From: an uncultured bacterium
Lineage (GTDB): Bacteria > Acidobacteriota > HRBIN11 > JAKEFK01
Assembly: GCA_963777505.1 (NCBI GenBank)
Contig: CAVZQN010000008.1
Location: 384,001-448,000 of the forward strand
Direction of reading: 5' to 3'
DNA length: 64,000 nucleotides
Positions 19,957-28,857 of this stretch are shown in pieces. Numbering within the stretch: the first letter of the stretch is position 1; every line of letters starts with the position of its first letter. Under the pieces are notes generated by a model that was not told the DNA's origin, ran no database searches, and was given only the letters and a program-made list of their open reading frames with translations. The position numbers and the translations under genes are program-made.

Positions 19957-19973
19957 CTCCCAATGGATTAATT

Positions 19974-20000
19974 CCGCCAAGACGCCATTGTCGCCAAGAA
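19974..20000. repeat. REP-like repeat variant (ccgccaagacgccattgtcgccaagaa)
   Basis: Intergenic; matches 15111-15136. Confidence 0.6.
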
Positions 20001-20075
20001 TCTTAGTTGTGTTAAAGTGAACAATCATTTTTCGCAATCAACCGGATAATTGTGCGAGAAAAGGATGCACATACA

Positions 20076-21662
20076 ATGAATGAAACTGATGATAATGCCT
20101 CCAATAGTCTTCAACGAATAACCCGTTTGACACCAGAAGAAGCCAATCTCCGCTTTGAGCAATTACAACTTAAGCTGCTTCCACTCTGGGAATCGATCCA
20201 GCAGCTCAGCATGGATGAACAAACGATTGTCGTTGTTCCTTCCATCACGATTGACTCGGCAATTGCTGCTGTAATGCAGGCATATGAAGAACGTTTCCTG
20301 TTCCTGCTATTCTTACTGCGTCAGCCTCATGCAAGATTAATTTATGTTACCTCACAGCCAATCTTACCCGGTATCGTGGATTACTATTTGGGGTTGTTGC
20401 CAGGTGTCATTATCAGCCACGCAAGGCAGCGCTTGTTTCTACTTTCTCCTTTAGATGGATCCGATCGACCGCTCACTGAAAAACTGTTGTTACGTCCGAG
20501 ATTCCTCGAACGCATCCGTTCATTGATTCCTAACCCGGATCGGGCTCACATGATTCCTTATAACACTACTGAACTGGAGCGTGATTTATCCTTACGCCTT
20601 GGCATTCCTATGTATGGTGCAGATCCGAAATTCTTTCATTTTGGTACCAAGACTGGATGCAGACAGCTTTTTGCAGAAGAGGGCGTTGCTCACCCAATTG
20701 GATTCGAAAATCTAAAGAGTGTTTCTGATGTGATAGAAGCAATTCAAAATATCCGCAGAAAGAAGCCAGATGTTAAGAAAGTCATTGTAAAACTGAATGA
20801 AGGAGTTTCGGGTGAAGGCAACGCAGTAGTGGATTTACAGCAACTTGCTTCGGCAGGTGATCGAGAAGACCGAGTGGAAATCGAAAATAGGCTTAAGCAA
20901 ATGCGTTTCGAATTGAAAGATGCAAATTATGAAGACTATTTTGACAAGCTAAAACTGCGCGGTGGCGTTGTTGAAGAACTCATTCTCGGTGAAGAACTCC
21001 GGAGTCCCAGTGTACAGCTTAGAGTGACTCCTATTGGAAAGTTGGAGTTGCTTTCAACTCACGATCAACTCCTGGGAGGACCTAGCGGGCAAAGTTACCT
21101 TGGAGCACGCTTTCCCGCCGATACTGCTTATGCCTCTATTATTAGCGAGCAGGCAGCAAAGATTGGCGAACGACTGGCCAAATCAGGTGTCATCGGACGG
21201 TTTGCAGTCGATTTTGTTGTGGTGCGGCACAAGGATGGTCATTGGGATCCTTATGCAATTGAGATCAACCTTCGCAAAGGTGGAACGACTCATCCATTCC
21301 TTACTCTGCAGTTCTTAACCGATGGTTACTACGATCCTAAGAAAGCTCAATTCTTTGCGCCAAGCGGGCGTCCCAAGTATTTTGTGGCAAGCGATCACGT
21401 CGAATCTCCTGCTTACAAGAGCTTAACTCCGGATGATCTCTTTGAGATCGTTATGAAAAACGGATTACACTTCAATCAGTCCACACAAATTGGAGTCGTA
21501 TTTCATATGTTGAGTTCGATTTCACAGCACGGCAGATTGGGACTCACTGCAGTTGGAGAAACGCACGAACAGGCATATCAAATTTATGAGCGTGCTGTGC
21601 GTGCTTTACAAGAGGAAGCAAAAGTCGCACTCAACGATCCAGGATTGCCTGAAAAACTCTGA
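20076..21662 (+). CDS. PGM1/BesA-related ATP-grasp ligase
   Basis: VVVPS, YEERFL, GTKTGCR..F, KLNEGVSGEGN, SPSVQ, LSTHDQLLGG, EINLRKGGTTHP. Confidence 0.8.
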   Translation: MNETDDNASNSLQRITRLTPEEANLRFEQLQLKLLPLWESIQQLSMDEQTIVVVPSITIDSAIAAVMQAYEERFLFLLFLLRQPHARLIYVTSQPILPGIVDYYLGLLPGVIISHARQRLFLLSPLDGSDRPLTEKLLLRPRFLERIRSLIPNPDRAHMIPYNTTELERDLSLRLGIPMYGADPKFFHFGTKTGCRQLFAEEGVAHPIGFENLKSVSDVIEAIQNIRRKKPDVKKVIVKLNEGVSGEGNAVVDLQQLASAGDREDRVEIENRLKQMRFELKDANYEDYFDKLKLRGGVVEELILGEELRSPSVQLRVTPIGKLELLSTHDQLLGGPSGQSYLGARFPADTAYASIISEQAAKIGERLAKSGVIGRFAVDFVVVRHKDGHWDPYAIEINLRKGGTTHPFLTLQFLTDGYYDPKKAQFFAPSGRPKYFVASDHVESPAYKSLTPDDLFEIVMKNGLHFNQSTQIGVVFHMLSSISQHGRLGLTAVGETHEQAYQIYERAVRALQEEAKVALNDPGLPEKL

Positions 21663-21687
21663 GGCTTATGAATTCAGCGCGGCAGCC

Positions 21688-22479
21688 CTATTGTTTGCGC
21701 GCTTCAATGAAAAGAGCGTAGCCCTGAAACGGCCATAATTTATCAAGGCGGGTAAAGACATAAATCAGCGGATATACGGCGGAATAAAGTTTCATCGAAC
21801 CTTGATGCTTTTGAAAACTTTCTTTTGATCCAATCGTGATATGGCCATCACGTTTATTGGATTCTCCTTCCATTCCTTTTCCAAGAATATTTACAAAAGC
21901 AAAATTAATTCCCATTTCAATGAATTCGGTAAAGAAGCGCGAGTATGTACTTTGAGTTTTGATGTCATACCCTTGAGCCTTCAGACGCTGACTCAAATCT
22001 TTTAAGTCATATCCCTCGCGCACATGACCATATTTATCCAGAGTTAAACCGATGGCTGGTTTGATTTTGTTTAACATAAATGCTGGACCAGTCGTTGGAG
22101 TTGAAATCAGTAATTGTCCGCCGGGCTTTAAGACACGAAACAGTTCTTTCATTGCAGCTCCATCATCATGAACATGTTCTAGATAATCGAGCGAAACGAT
22201 TACATCGAACTTTGAATCAGGAAATGGAAGGACATTCGGTGGAATTTGCAGCACGCCTTGTTTAACGAATGCCATCGCCCCCGCGACGTTGCTTCGATCG
22301 GTGTCAGCATGAAACCAGGTTCCACCTGCATTGCGCAAGAAATGCGAAACAGTACCTCGCGCACATCCAACTTCAAGACACAATTTTCCTTGAAGACTGC
22401 CTAGAGACTTCAAAAGCAGGTCGATCTTTTCCTTTTTTTTCAGGGATTTCTTATAGAGCTGTAATTGCCAATCTTCCAT
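21688..22479 (-). CDS. Class I SAM-dependent methyltransferase (glycan-locus type)
   Basis: LEVGCARG, LPFPDSKFD, LEHV, RVLKPGG, GHVREGY. Confidence 0.88.
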   Translation of the reverse strand: MEDWQLQLYKKSLKKKEKIDLLLKSLGSLQGKLCLEVGCARGTVSHFLRNAGGTWFHADTDRSNVAGAMAFVKQGVLQIPPNVLPFPDSKFDVIVSLDYLEHVHDDGAAMKELFRVLKPGGQLLISTPTTGPAFMLNKIKPAIGLTLDKYGHVREGYDLKDLSQRLKAQGYDIKTQSTYSRFFTEFIEMGINFAFVNILGKGMEGESNKRDGHITIGSKESFQKHQGSMKLYSAVYPLIYVFTRLDKLWPFQGYALFIEARKQ

Positions 22480-22488
22480 GTGAGCTCA

Positions 22489-22512
22489 GATGCGGGATGC
22501 GAGATGCGCGAT
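22489..22512. repeat. Heptamer tandem repeat (GATGCGN)x3
   Basis: gatgcgg gatgcga gatgcgc gat in the short intergenic gap. Confidence 0.6.
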
Positions 22513-23552
22513 TAGTCTTCCTCATAACGAGTGCGGAAAAATTTGTTCAGGAAATTGTAGCCGATTAGGTTGTCGCTGACGAAAGTGCGGAGATTAATTT
22601 TGGGAACGCCGACAACTTTCTTACGCCAGAGTCTGTCGCAGGTATTACAAGGGCTAATCTTTTGCCATTCCTCTTTTACAAGCGAATCGCGCAATCCAAC
22701 AAGCGGTTTCCCATCCCAGATTTCTTTGATTGTTTGTGTGCGCAGATCACCCATAATCAGCTCCTGGAAAAAATCTTGAGGACACGGCGTGACATGTCCA
22801 TCCCAAAGAATTGTGAGGGAGTACCACAGGAACGAGCAATGTGAATACGATTCGCGGTGACAATATTGATCGATGACAGGATTTCCATCAATAATGCCTG
22901 CCCAATTATGAGGCTTCTTTATGTAAAGTTGATCTAACGGAAGATCATCAAACTGACGCACAAATTCTTTTTTGCCTTCTGTATTTCCATCAAGATCAAT
23001 CACTTGAAAAACTGTAAACGGCTTTTGAAGGCCTGCTTCTTTTTTCATTCTTAAAAATTGCAGAATATTGGCAAGTGTCTTTTCAAAATTCGAACCGATT
23101 CTGATTTTTTCGTACGGCTCTTTTTTGAATCCATCAAATGAAAAACTGAGAAGATCGAATCCCGACTCCAGAATCGCTTTCGACATCTTTTCATTGAGTA
23201 TTGTGGCATTTGTATGAAGCCTGGTTTTGATCCCTTTTTCAGAGGCATACTGAATCATTTCCGGAAGGCCTTTGTGAAAGGTTGATTCTCCACGATGCGC
23301 CAGATTGATGTCGTATACATGACCAGCGGCTTCATCGATAATTTTTTTGTAAAGCTCGAAATCCATATGGGTTTTGCCCTTTGTAATGTCAGTAATTTTC
23401 GGATCACTTTGAGGACACATCGGGCATTTGAGATTGCAATACGGAGTCGGCTCAATCCAGAGGCGGATTGGCAAAGGAACTCCGTTAACCTTCTTTTGCC
23501 GGTATGCCATAAAAATCTTGGCTAACCGGTAGAGATGTTCAGCTTTATTCAT
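22512..23552 (-). CDS. Radical SAM protein with a SPASM/Twitch domain (BtrN-like architecture)
   Basis: IEPTPYCNLKCPMC; C-terminal CSFLW..LTILWDGHVTPC.QD....MGDL...IKEIW...PCNTC. Confidence 0.9.
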   Translation of the reverse strand: MNKAEHLYRLAKIFMAYRQKKVNGVPLPIRLWIEPTPYCNLKCPMCPQSDPKITDITKGKTHMDFELYKKIIDEAAGHVYDINLAHRGESTFHKGLPEMIQYASEKGIKTRLHTNATILNEKMSKAILESGFDLLSFSFDGFKKEPYEKIRIGSNFEKTLANILQFLRMKKEAGLQKPFTVFQVIDLDGNTEGKKEFVRQFDDLPLDQLYIKKPHNWAGIIDGNPVIDQYCHRESYSHCSFLWYSLTILWDGHVTPCPQDFFQELIMGDLRTQTIKEIWDGKPLVGLRDSLVKEEWQKISPCNTCDRLWRKKVVGVPKINLRTFVSDNLIGYNFLNKFFRTRYEED

Positions 23553-23717
23553 AAATCGGTGAATTGTATCGGATTCGGTGGGAAAAGCTCAACTCAAAAG
23601 TTAACACATTGACCATGCTTTTTCAACGTCGACAGCTTCTTTTAACGCCGAGTTCGTCGAGTATTATTTCACTGCATTTAACAATTCTTCTTCCTATCGC
23701 CAAGAACGACTTTGTAG

Positions 23718-24317
23718 TCACATTTGAGGGTGTGCGGTACCTGCGGAACGAAACACTAGATCCCACAGCGGTATTGACAGCCCATATGCAGTCTTGGAAT
23801 CCTTATAGTGGTGTGTTGCATGGTGCTGAACCAGCATTCTGACAAATGGAACTCTTGATCGTTTGGCCCAGCGGGCATGTGCTATAGCATGTAGTACTTC
23901 AAAGCCTATGTAGCCAGCAATGAATCCAGTTGCAATTCCCGCTTCGAAAGCACCAAACAATGAAAGTGCAATGACTGGTACCGCAACTATGAATGAATAG
24001 ATCAGCGGCACTGATTGTCGTTTCATATCATAGGGCTTTCGATGGTGTGCTCCGTGAAGTCGATCATAAAGCCCAGGGTTAGAAATCTCAAAGTAATGGA
24101 ATATCCAGCGGTGAATCGCGTACTCAACAAGTGAGAACAAAATCAAGCCGATAGGAAATGCAAATAGCATTTGACCGGATACGAATACCATACGAATGGC
24201 AATCGTTGTGTATACGAAAGCAACAAGCCAGAGGGGCGATCGAAGTAGCGTTTGTAAAGCCGCGATCCTAATTTTCGATCGCCATCGCCGCATCATAGCG
24301 AAGCCCCGTGATTGCAT
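23718..24317 (-). CDS. Fatty acid hydroxylase / sterol desaturase family
   Basis: His boxes HRWIFH, HGAHH, HAIAH, HATHH; WDLVF; TM helices; start uncertain. Confidence 0.85.
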   Translation of the reverse strand: MQSRGFAMMRRWRSKIRIAALQTLLRSPLWLVAFVYTTIAIRMVFVSGQMLFAFPIGLILFSLVEYAIHRWIFHYFEISNPGLYDRLHGAHHRKPYDMKRQSVPLIYSFIVAVPVIALSLFGAFEAGIATGFIAGYIGFEVLHAIAHARWAKRSRVPFVRMLVQHHATHHYKDSKTAYGLSIPLWDLVFRSAGTAHPQM

Positions 24318-24327
24318 TTTCGATACC

Positions 24328-24963
24328 TTATTCAAATGCTGCGTTTTGTGCCGCTTCCTGTTGATGTTGCTCAGGAATACTTGGCTGAACCTTTCCATAA
24401 TGGAGTCTTACCGTATCGCTAATTTCGGTTTCCTGGAGTTTGAGGACTTTTTCAGCGGAACTTTCATCATGATTTGTGATTTTCACAGACATCAATTTAT
24501 TTAGCTCAGTTGCGGTCTGAGCAAAATCTTGAACCTTTTTCAAATCGTCTTCATTCATTCTGTCCAAAGGACCTTTTTGGCGCGGGCTAAGATACATATT
24601 TTTGTTAATCCATCCTTTCAGATCTGTGGCAATTTCTTTGTAGTTATCACGATTTGCCGACAATAACTTGTTCAAATTGGCTTCGGTGAAAGGTGGTTTG
24701 TTTTCTGCTTTTGCAGCACTTATCAACTGCCGAAGTTCGCTGACGGAATAAGCTGTATCTCCGCTGAGTGGAGACTTGGGTAATTGCTGATCAAATGAAT
24801 TTGAAAGCTTTGCTTGTTCAAAACTGTCTGTTGGGTTGCCAACTCCAAGATTCTGTGCCGCTTTTTCTTGCACAGAGGAAGGGTTGGCTTGCTCGACATT
24901 CTGTGTTCGCTCCGTTTCTATTGAAAGCGGTGTATTGTTTCGATATTCAATTTTTCCTACCAT
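24328..24963 (-). CDS. Hypothetical helical protein with a disordered N-terminus; 3' end possibly frameshifted
   Basis: AAGGAG RBS; no signal peptide; LGVGNPTDSFE motif. Confidence 0.65.
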   Translation of the reverse strand: MVGKIEYRNNTPLSIETERTQNVEQANPSSVQEKAAQNLGVGNPTDSFEQAKLSNSFDQQLPKSPLSGDTAYSVSELRQLISAAKAENKPPFTEANLNKLLSANRDNYKEIATDLKGWINKNMYLSPRQKGPLDRMNEDDLKKVQDFAQTATELNKLMSVKITNHDESSAEKVLKLQETEISDTVRLHYGKVQPSIPEQHQQEAAQNAAFE

Positions 24964-25143
24964 TGTTAGCTCTCCTTTAGAAATTATTGATTTGCCGTTG
25001 CAATCACAAAAATTATCGGTCGCAGAAAAAAAAGGGTGCCACGCAAGTACGTAGCTCCCGGTTTTTCTAGAGGTGATTTTAGTTCGTGGATCCTACGTAT
25101 TCAGGTAGGTGATGTTTCTATATTTTGACCAGGATGTGACTAT

Positions 25144-25620
25144 CTATTTCACAGCCTCAAGAAGCTCTTGTTCAGTAATAAGACCAACTTTTGAGAACGT
25201 ACGCTTTCCATCCTTATATACAAATGTTGCGGGAAGGCCACCCATCCATGCTGGATCGATTGAGTTCACCATTCCCTCAAAATCTTCACCTTCGCGAAGG
25301 ACGACTTTGTAGTTCATGCCAAGCTTTTTTGCGAACTGTTCAACGGTTGCTTGCTGGTCTGGTTCATCCATCGAAATTCCAATAATCTCAACTTCGGGAT
25401 GCTGTTGTTGAAGCCGAATAAAAATTGGAATTTCTTCAACGCAGGGTTGGCACCATGTCGCCCAGAAATTTAGGATGACCGTTTTTTGCTGTGCACCCAG
25501 ATTTGAAATTCCGGCATCATCCAATTTTTGAATCGATCCGGAGGAACTACATCCCGCGAGGAGTAATACAAATCCGCTAATCCAAAGGAGTTGGCGTATT
25601 AAGCGCGCTTGATGCTGCAT
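25144..25620 (-). CDS. TlpA-family thiol:disulfide oxidoreductase lipoprotein
   Basis: Lipobox LAGC, NFWATWCQPC..EIP, GLPATF. Confidence 0.88.
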   Translation of the reverse strand: MQHQARLIRQLLWISGFVLLLAGCSSSGSIQKLDDAGISNLGAQQKTVILNFWATWCQPCVEEIPIFIRLQQQHPEVEIIGISMDEPDQQATVEQFAKKLGMNYKVVLREGEDFEGMVNSIDPAWMGGLPATFVYKDGKRTFSKVGLITEQELLEAVK

Positions 25621-26165
25621 CCGAATGCTTTTGTCTTGTTCTTAGCGATTTCCTGGCCTTTTAAAAGTGCATCGAGCGCTTCCCGGATGTCCTTTGCGTT
25701 CGCACGAGATTCATCCGTTGTAGGATTCGAGCTGTTCCCAAGTGCACCGTGATATCGAATCGTTCCTGTGCCATCTATCAAAAACGCTTCAGGCGTGACG
25801 GTTGCACCATAAAGATCGGCAATTTTATTACCGACATCTTTCACTACAATAAATGGAAAATTCTTTTTTGTATGTGCTGCCATATCTTCTGCAGTTTCAG
25901 TACTGTTGGCATTGATTCCGATCACGACAACGCCTTTTTCCGAATAATCATCGGCTAATTTTGCCATTACTTTATTGAAGGCATTCGAATAAGGGCATCG
26001 AACTGAAACAAAAATTGCGACAACGTTTTTGCCGCTATAATCCGCAAGTTTTATTTGTTTGCCGCTGCCATCCATAAGAGAGAAATCTGCAGCTTTTTCT
26101 CCGGCATCCAGAGCAAAGACTGTTGAAGCAAGTAATACGAAAAGAATTGATAATTTAACGAGCAT
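25599..26165 (-). CDS. Exported redoxin (AhpC/TSA-like thioredoxin family)
   Basis: Signal peptide, CPYS, GINAN, YGATVTPEAF, C-terminal FGCSIK. Confidence 0.85.
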   Translation of the reverse strand: MLVKLSILFVLLASTVFALDAGEKAADFSLMDGSGKQIKLADYSGKNVVAIFVSVRCPYSNAFNKVMAKLADDYSEKGVVVIGINANSTETAEDMAAHTKKNFPFIVVKDVGNKIADLYGATVTPEAFLIDGTGTIRYHGALGNSSNPTTDESRANAKDIREALDALLKGQEIAKNKTKAFGCSIKRA

Positions 26166-26227
26166 TCTTGTCTCCTTTGTATCTAAATTCCAACACCATA
26201 AGTTAAGGCTTTTTTCCTTTTAGCTCA

Positions 26228-26253
26228 ACCGCCAGGGCGTCATGACGCCAGGA
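26228..26253. repeat. REP-like repeat variant (accgccagggcgtcatgacgccagga)
   Basis: Intergenic; preceded by tagctca, as is the 48325 copy. Confidence 0.45.
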
Positions 26254-26304
26254 TCTACACAAAAGTAGTACACTAATATTCTGCTATTCTTCCGGACAAA
26301 AAGC

Positions 26305-28809
26305 ATGACACCGGATCGCTGGAAACAGATCGAAGAAATCTTTTCTCAAGCCATCGAACTACCTGCAACTGAAAGAACCGCTTTCTTACAACACACCTGC
26401 GGCAATGATGAAGAACTCTTAGGTGAAATTGAATCTCTGCTGCAGCAGGAAGTTGAAACAGGAACACTCTTCGCCACAGCCATCTCGAAAGCAGCCGGTT
26501 CGTTATCTGAAGATGAAATAAAGGTGTTTGAAGGAAAACGGATCGGCCCTTACAGGATTATTGGTCTGATTGGTCAAGGTGGAATGGCTGAGGTTTATCG
26601 CGCGATTCGTGATGACGATCAGTATCAAAAACAAGTTGCTATCAAACTCATTCGAACCAACATTGGTGCAGTCTTTTTAATTAAACGATTTCAACAAGAG
26701 CGTCAGATTCTTGCTTCACTCGAACATGCTTGTATTGCACGCTTTCTAGAAGGAGGCACAACTCAAGACGGTATTCCTTATCTGGTTATGGAATACATCG
26801 AAGGTGAACAAATCACTACCTACTGTAAAATTCGTAATCTTAGCATTCGTGAACGGCTTCAACTTTTCCGATCCGTTTGTGATGCTATCCAATATGCTCA
26901 CCGCAATCTTGTGATCCATCGCGATCTTAAACCAAGCAATATTCTGGTGACAGCCGATGGAGTGCCCAAGCTTCTGGATTTCGGTATCGCAAAGTTGTTA
27001 AATCCGGAACAGCCGGAAGATGTTTCAAACGTTGCCCAAACAGTAACTTCGATTCGGATTATGACTCCGGAATATGCAAGTCCGGAACAAATTCGTGGAG
27101 AAACTGTAACAACATCGACTGATGTTTACTCGCTTGGTGCGATCTTGTATGAACTATTGACTGGCAGCCGTCCGCGTGAGTTTAAAACGAAATCACTGGT
27201 TGGTATCGAACGGGTTGTGACTGAAGAAGAACCCCAGAAGCCGAGTATCGTTGTCGCAAAGAATCGAACCGATCCATCGCGTCCGGTGGAATACAGCACG
27301 AAGAAACTCAGCCGTGAGCTGGCTCGCGATCTTGACAACATTGTTTTGATGGCGATGCAGAGGGAGCCGCAACATCGTTATCTGTCAGCCGATCAATTCG
27401 GCCAGGATATTGACAACTATCTTGAAGGCCGACCGATAAAGGCTCGCACCCCAACCCTGGGATATCGTTTTTCTAAATTTGTACGCCGTCACAAAATCGG
27501 CGTTTCGGTAGCGATCGCTTTTCTTCTCTTCACCGTCCTTTTTGTTGCCGGTATACTTCGCGAAAGAAGCCGCGCTGAAGAAGCCAGAATAAAAGCCGAA
27601 CGTGAAGCCGCCCGTGCAAAAGCGGTCAGCGAGTTTTTACAACGAACTCTTGCTTCTGCCAATCCTTTTAATCTGGGCAAAGATGTTTCACTTGTTGTCG
27701 CTTTAGAATCCGCGTCTAAAGAAATTGGAAATTCATTCAAAAATGAACCTGAAACAGAGGCCGATGTTCGTGACACTGTCGGTTTTACTTTTCTGAAGCT
27801 CGGAAAGTATGACGATGCTGAGAAACATCTTACACGTGCTTTAGAGATCCGAAAAAAACTTTACCGTGGTGATCATCGTGATGTCGCAGAAACTCTCGAT
27901 AATCTTGGGACTATGTATCAGGAGAAAGGCGATTTAGTAAAGGGGGAAAAATTTTTCCGGGAAGCCCTCGCAATGCGGAAAAAAGTCTTAGAGAAAGATG
28001 CAACACAGATCGCGAACAGTCTAAATAATTTGGCGGTACTCCTTCATGACAACGGCAAGATCGAAGAAGCAGAAAAACTTCAGCGCGAAGCTTTAGTAAT
28101 CCGACGCAAAGTAAATGATCCAGAAAAATTGGCAACGAGTTTAAATAATCTTGGAGCCATTTTGATTGATAAACGCGAATTTACGGAGGCGGAATCATTA
28201 CTACGACAAGTCCTGGAACACGATGGCAAGAAATATGGTGAAAACCATATCAATTATGCATACACCTTGAACAATCTCGCATTCGTAATGGAACAAAGCG
28301 GAAAGCTTGCAGAAGCTGAACCGGTGTATCGAAAAGTATTTGAGATGATGCCCAAACTCATGGGCACAGAACACCTGATTACTACTCGAAGCGCAAACAA
28401 TTATGGCCGTATTCTTATGTTGCAAGGAAAAATCGAAGATGCAGAACCAATTCTGCGCCGAAATCTCGAAGTTCAAAAACGCATTCTGCCAGCTGACCAT
28501 CACCAAATCGCAATCAGTTCAAGTACGCTTGCGCAAACGTTGAAGCGTAAGAATCAATGCGATGAATCAGAACCCTTGTTTCGGCAGGCGATTACCATCT
28601 TTGCGAAATCCAATTACGATCCGGCGGAGAAGTCCATCACAAAAGGCTTTCTTGGAGAATGCTTGACCACAATGAAGCGCTTTCCTGAAGCGGAAAAAGT
28701 ACTGCTTGAAAGCCAGTCTGAACTTGTTGCACTCAAGGGTGCAGACGATAGGGCAACCAAAGAAGCGCAGCTGCGGCTGACCCAGCTTTACAACGTTACA
28801 AAGAAATAG
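26305..28809 (+). CDS. Membrane Ser/Thr kinase with an extracytoplasmic TPR array (ECF-associated STK type)
   Basis: N-terminal MTPDRWKQIEEIF...CGNDEEL..EIESLL; GQGGMAEVY, HRDLKPSN, DFG, TPEYASPEQ; TM; kinesin-light-chain-like TPRs (A.SLNNLA). Confidence 0.93.
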   Translation: MTPDRWKQIEEIFSQAIELPATERTAFLQHTCGNDEELLGEIESLLQQEVETGTLFATAISKAAGSLSEDEIKVFEGKRIGPYRIIGLIGQGGMAEVYRAIRDDDQYQKQVAIKLIRTNIGAVFLIKRFQQERQILASLEHACIARFLEGGTTQDGIPYLVMEYIEGEQITTYCKIRNLSIRERLQLFRSVCDAIQYAHRNLVIHRDLKPSNILVTADGVPKLLDFGIAKLLNPEQPEDVSNVAQTVTSIRIMTPEYASPEQIRGETVTTSTDVYSLGAILYELLTGSRPREFKTKSLVGIERVVTEEEPQKPSIVVAKNRTDPSRPVEYSTKKLSRELARDLDNIVLMAMQREPQHRYLSADQFGQDIDNYLEGRPIKARTPTLGYRFSKFVRRHKIGVSVAIAFLLFTVLFVAGILRERSRAEEARIKAEREAARAKAVSEFLQRTLASANPFNLGKDVSLVVALESASKEIGNSFKNEPETEADVRDTVGFTFLKLGKYDDAEKHLTRALEIRKKLYRGDHRDVAETLDNLGTMYQEKGDLVKGEKFFREALAMRKKVLEKDATQIANSLNNLAVLLHDNGKIEEAEKLQREALVIRRKVNDPEKLATSLNNLGAILIDKREFTEAESLLRQVLEHDGKKYGENHINYAYTLNNLAFVMEQSGKLAEAEPVYRKVFEMMPKLMGTEHLITTRSANNYGRILMLQGKIEDAEPILRRNLEVQKRILPADHHQIAISSSTLAQTLKRKNQCDESEPLFRQAITIFAKSNYDPAEKSITKGFLGECLTTMKRFPEAEKVLLESQSELVALKGADDRATKEAQLRLTQLYNVTKK

Positions 28810-28824
28810 CCACGAAAAATTGAA

Positions 28825-28846
28825 GGGGTATGCCGTAGCATACCCC
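28825..28846. terminator. Hairpin between convergent genes
   Basis: Perfect 9-bp stem GGGGTATGC-CGTA-GCATACCCC; weak U-tracts. Confidence 0.55.
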
Positions 28847-28857
28847 ATTCATAATTC

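Noticed and set aside
13915-24317. RiPP or pheganomycin-like cluster (two rSAMs, ATP-grasp, methyltransferases)
   Set aside because: No precursor peptide, RRE, protease or exporter; mixed orientations; the rSAMs and methyltransferase look glycan-related
25021-25041. Sigma54 site (TGGCAC...TGC) upstream of the 24963 orphan
   Set aside because: GG-to-GC spacing is longer than the obligatory 10 nt
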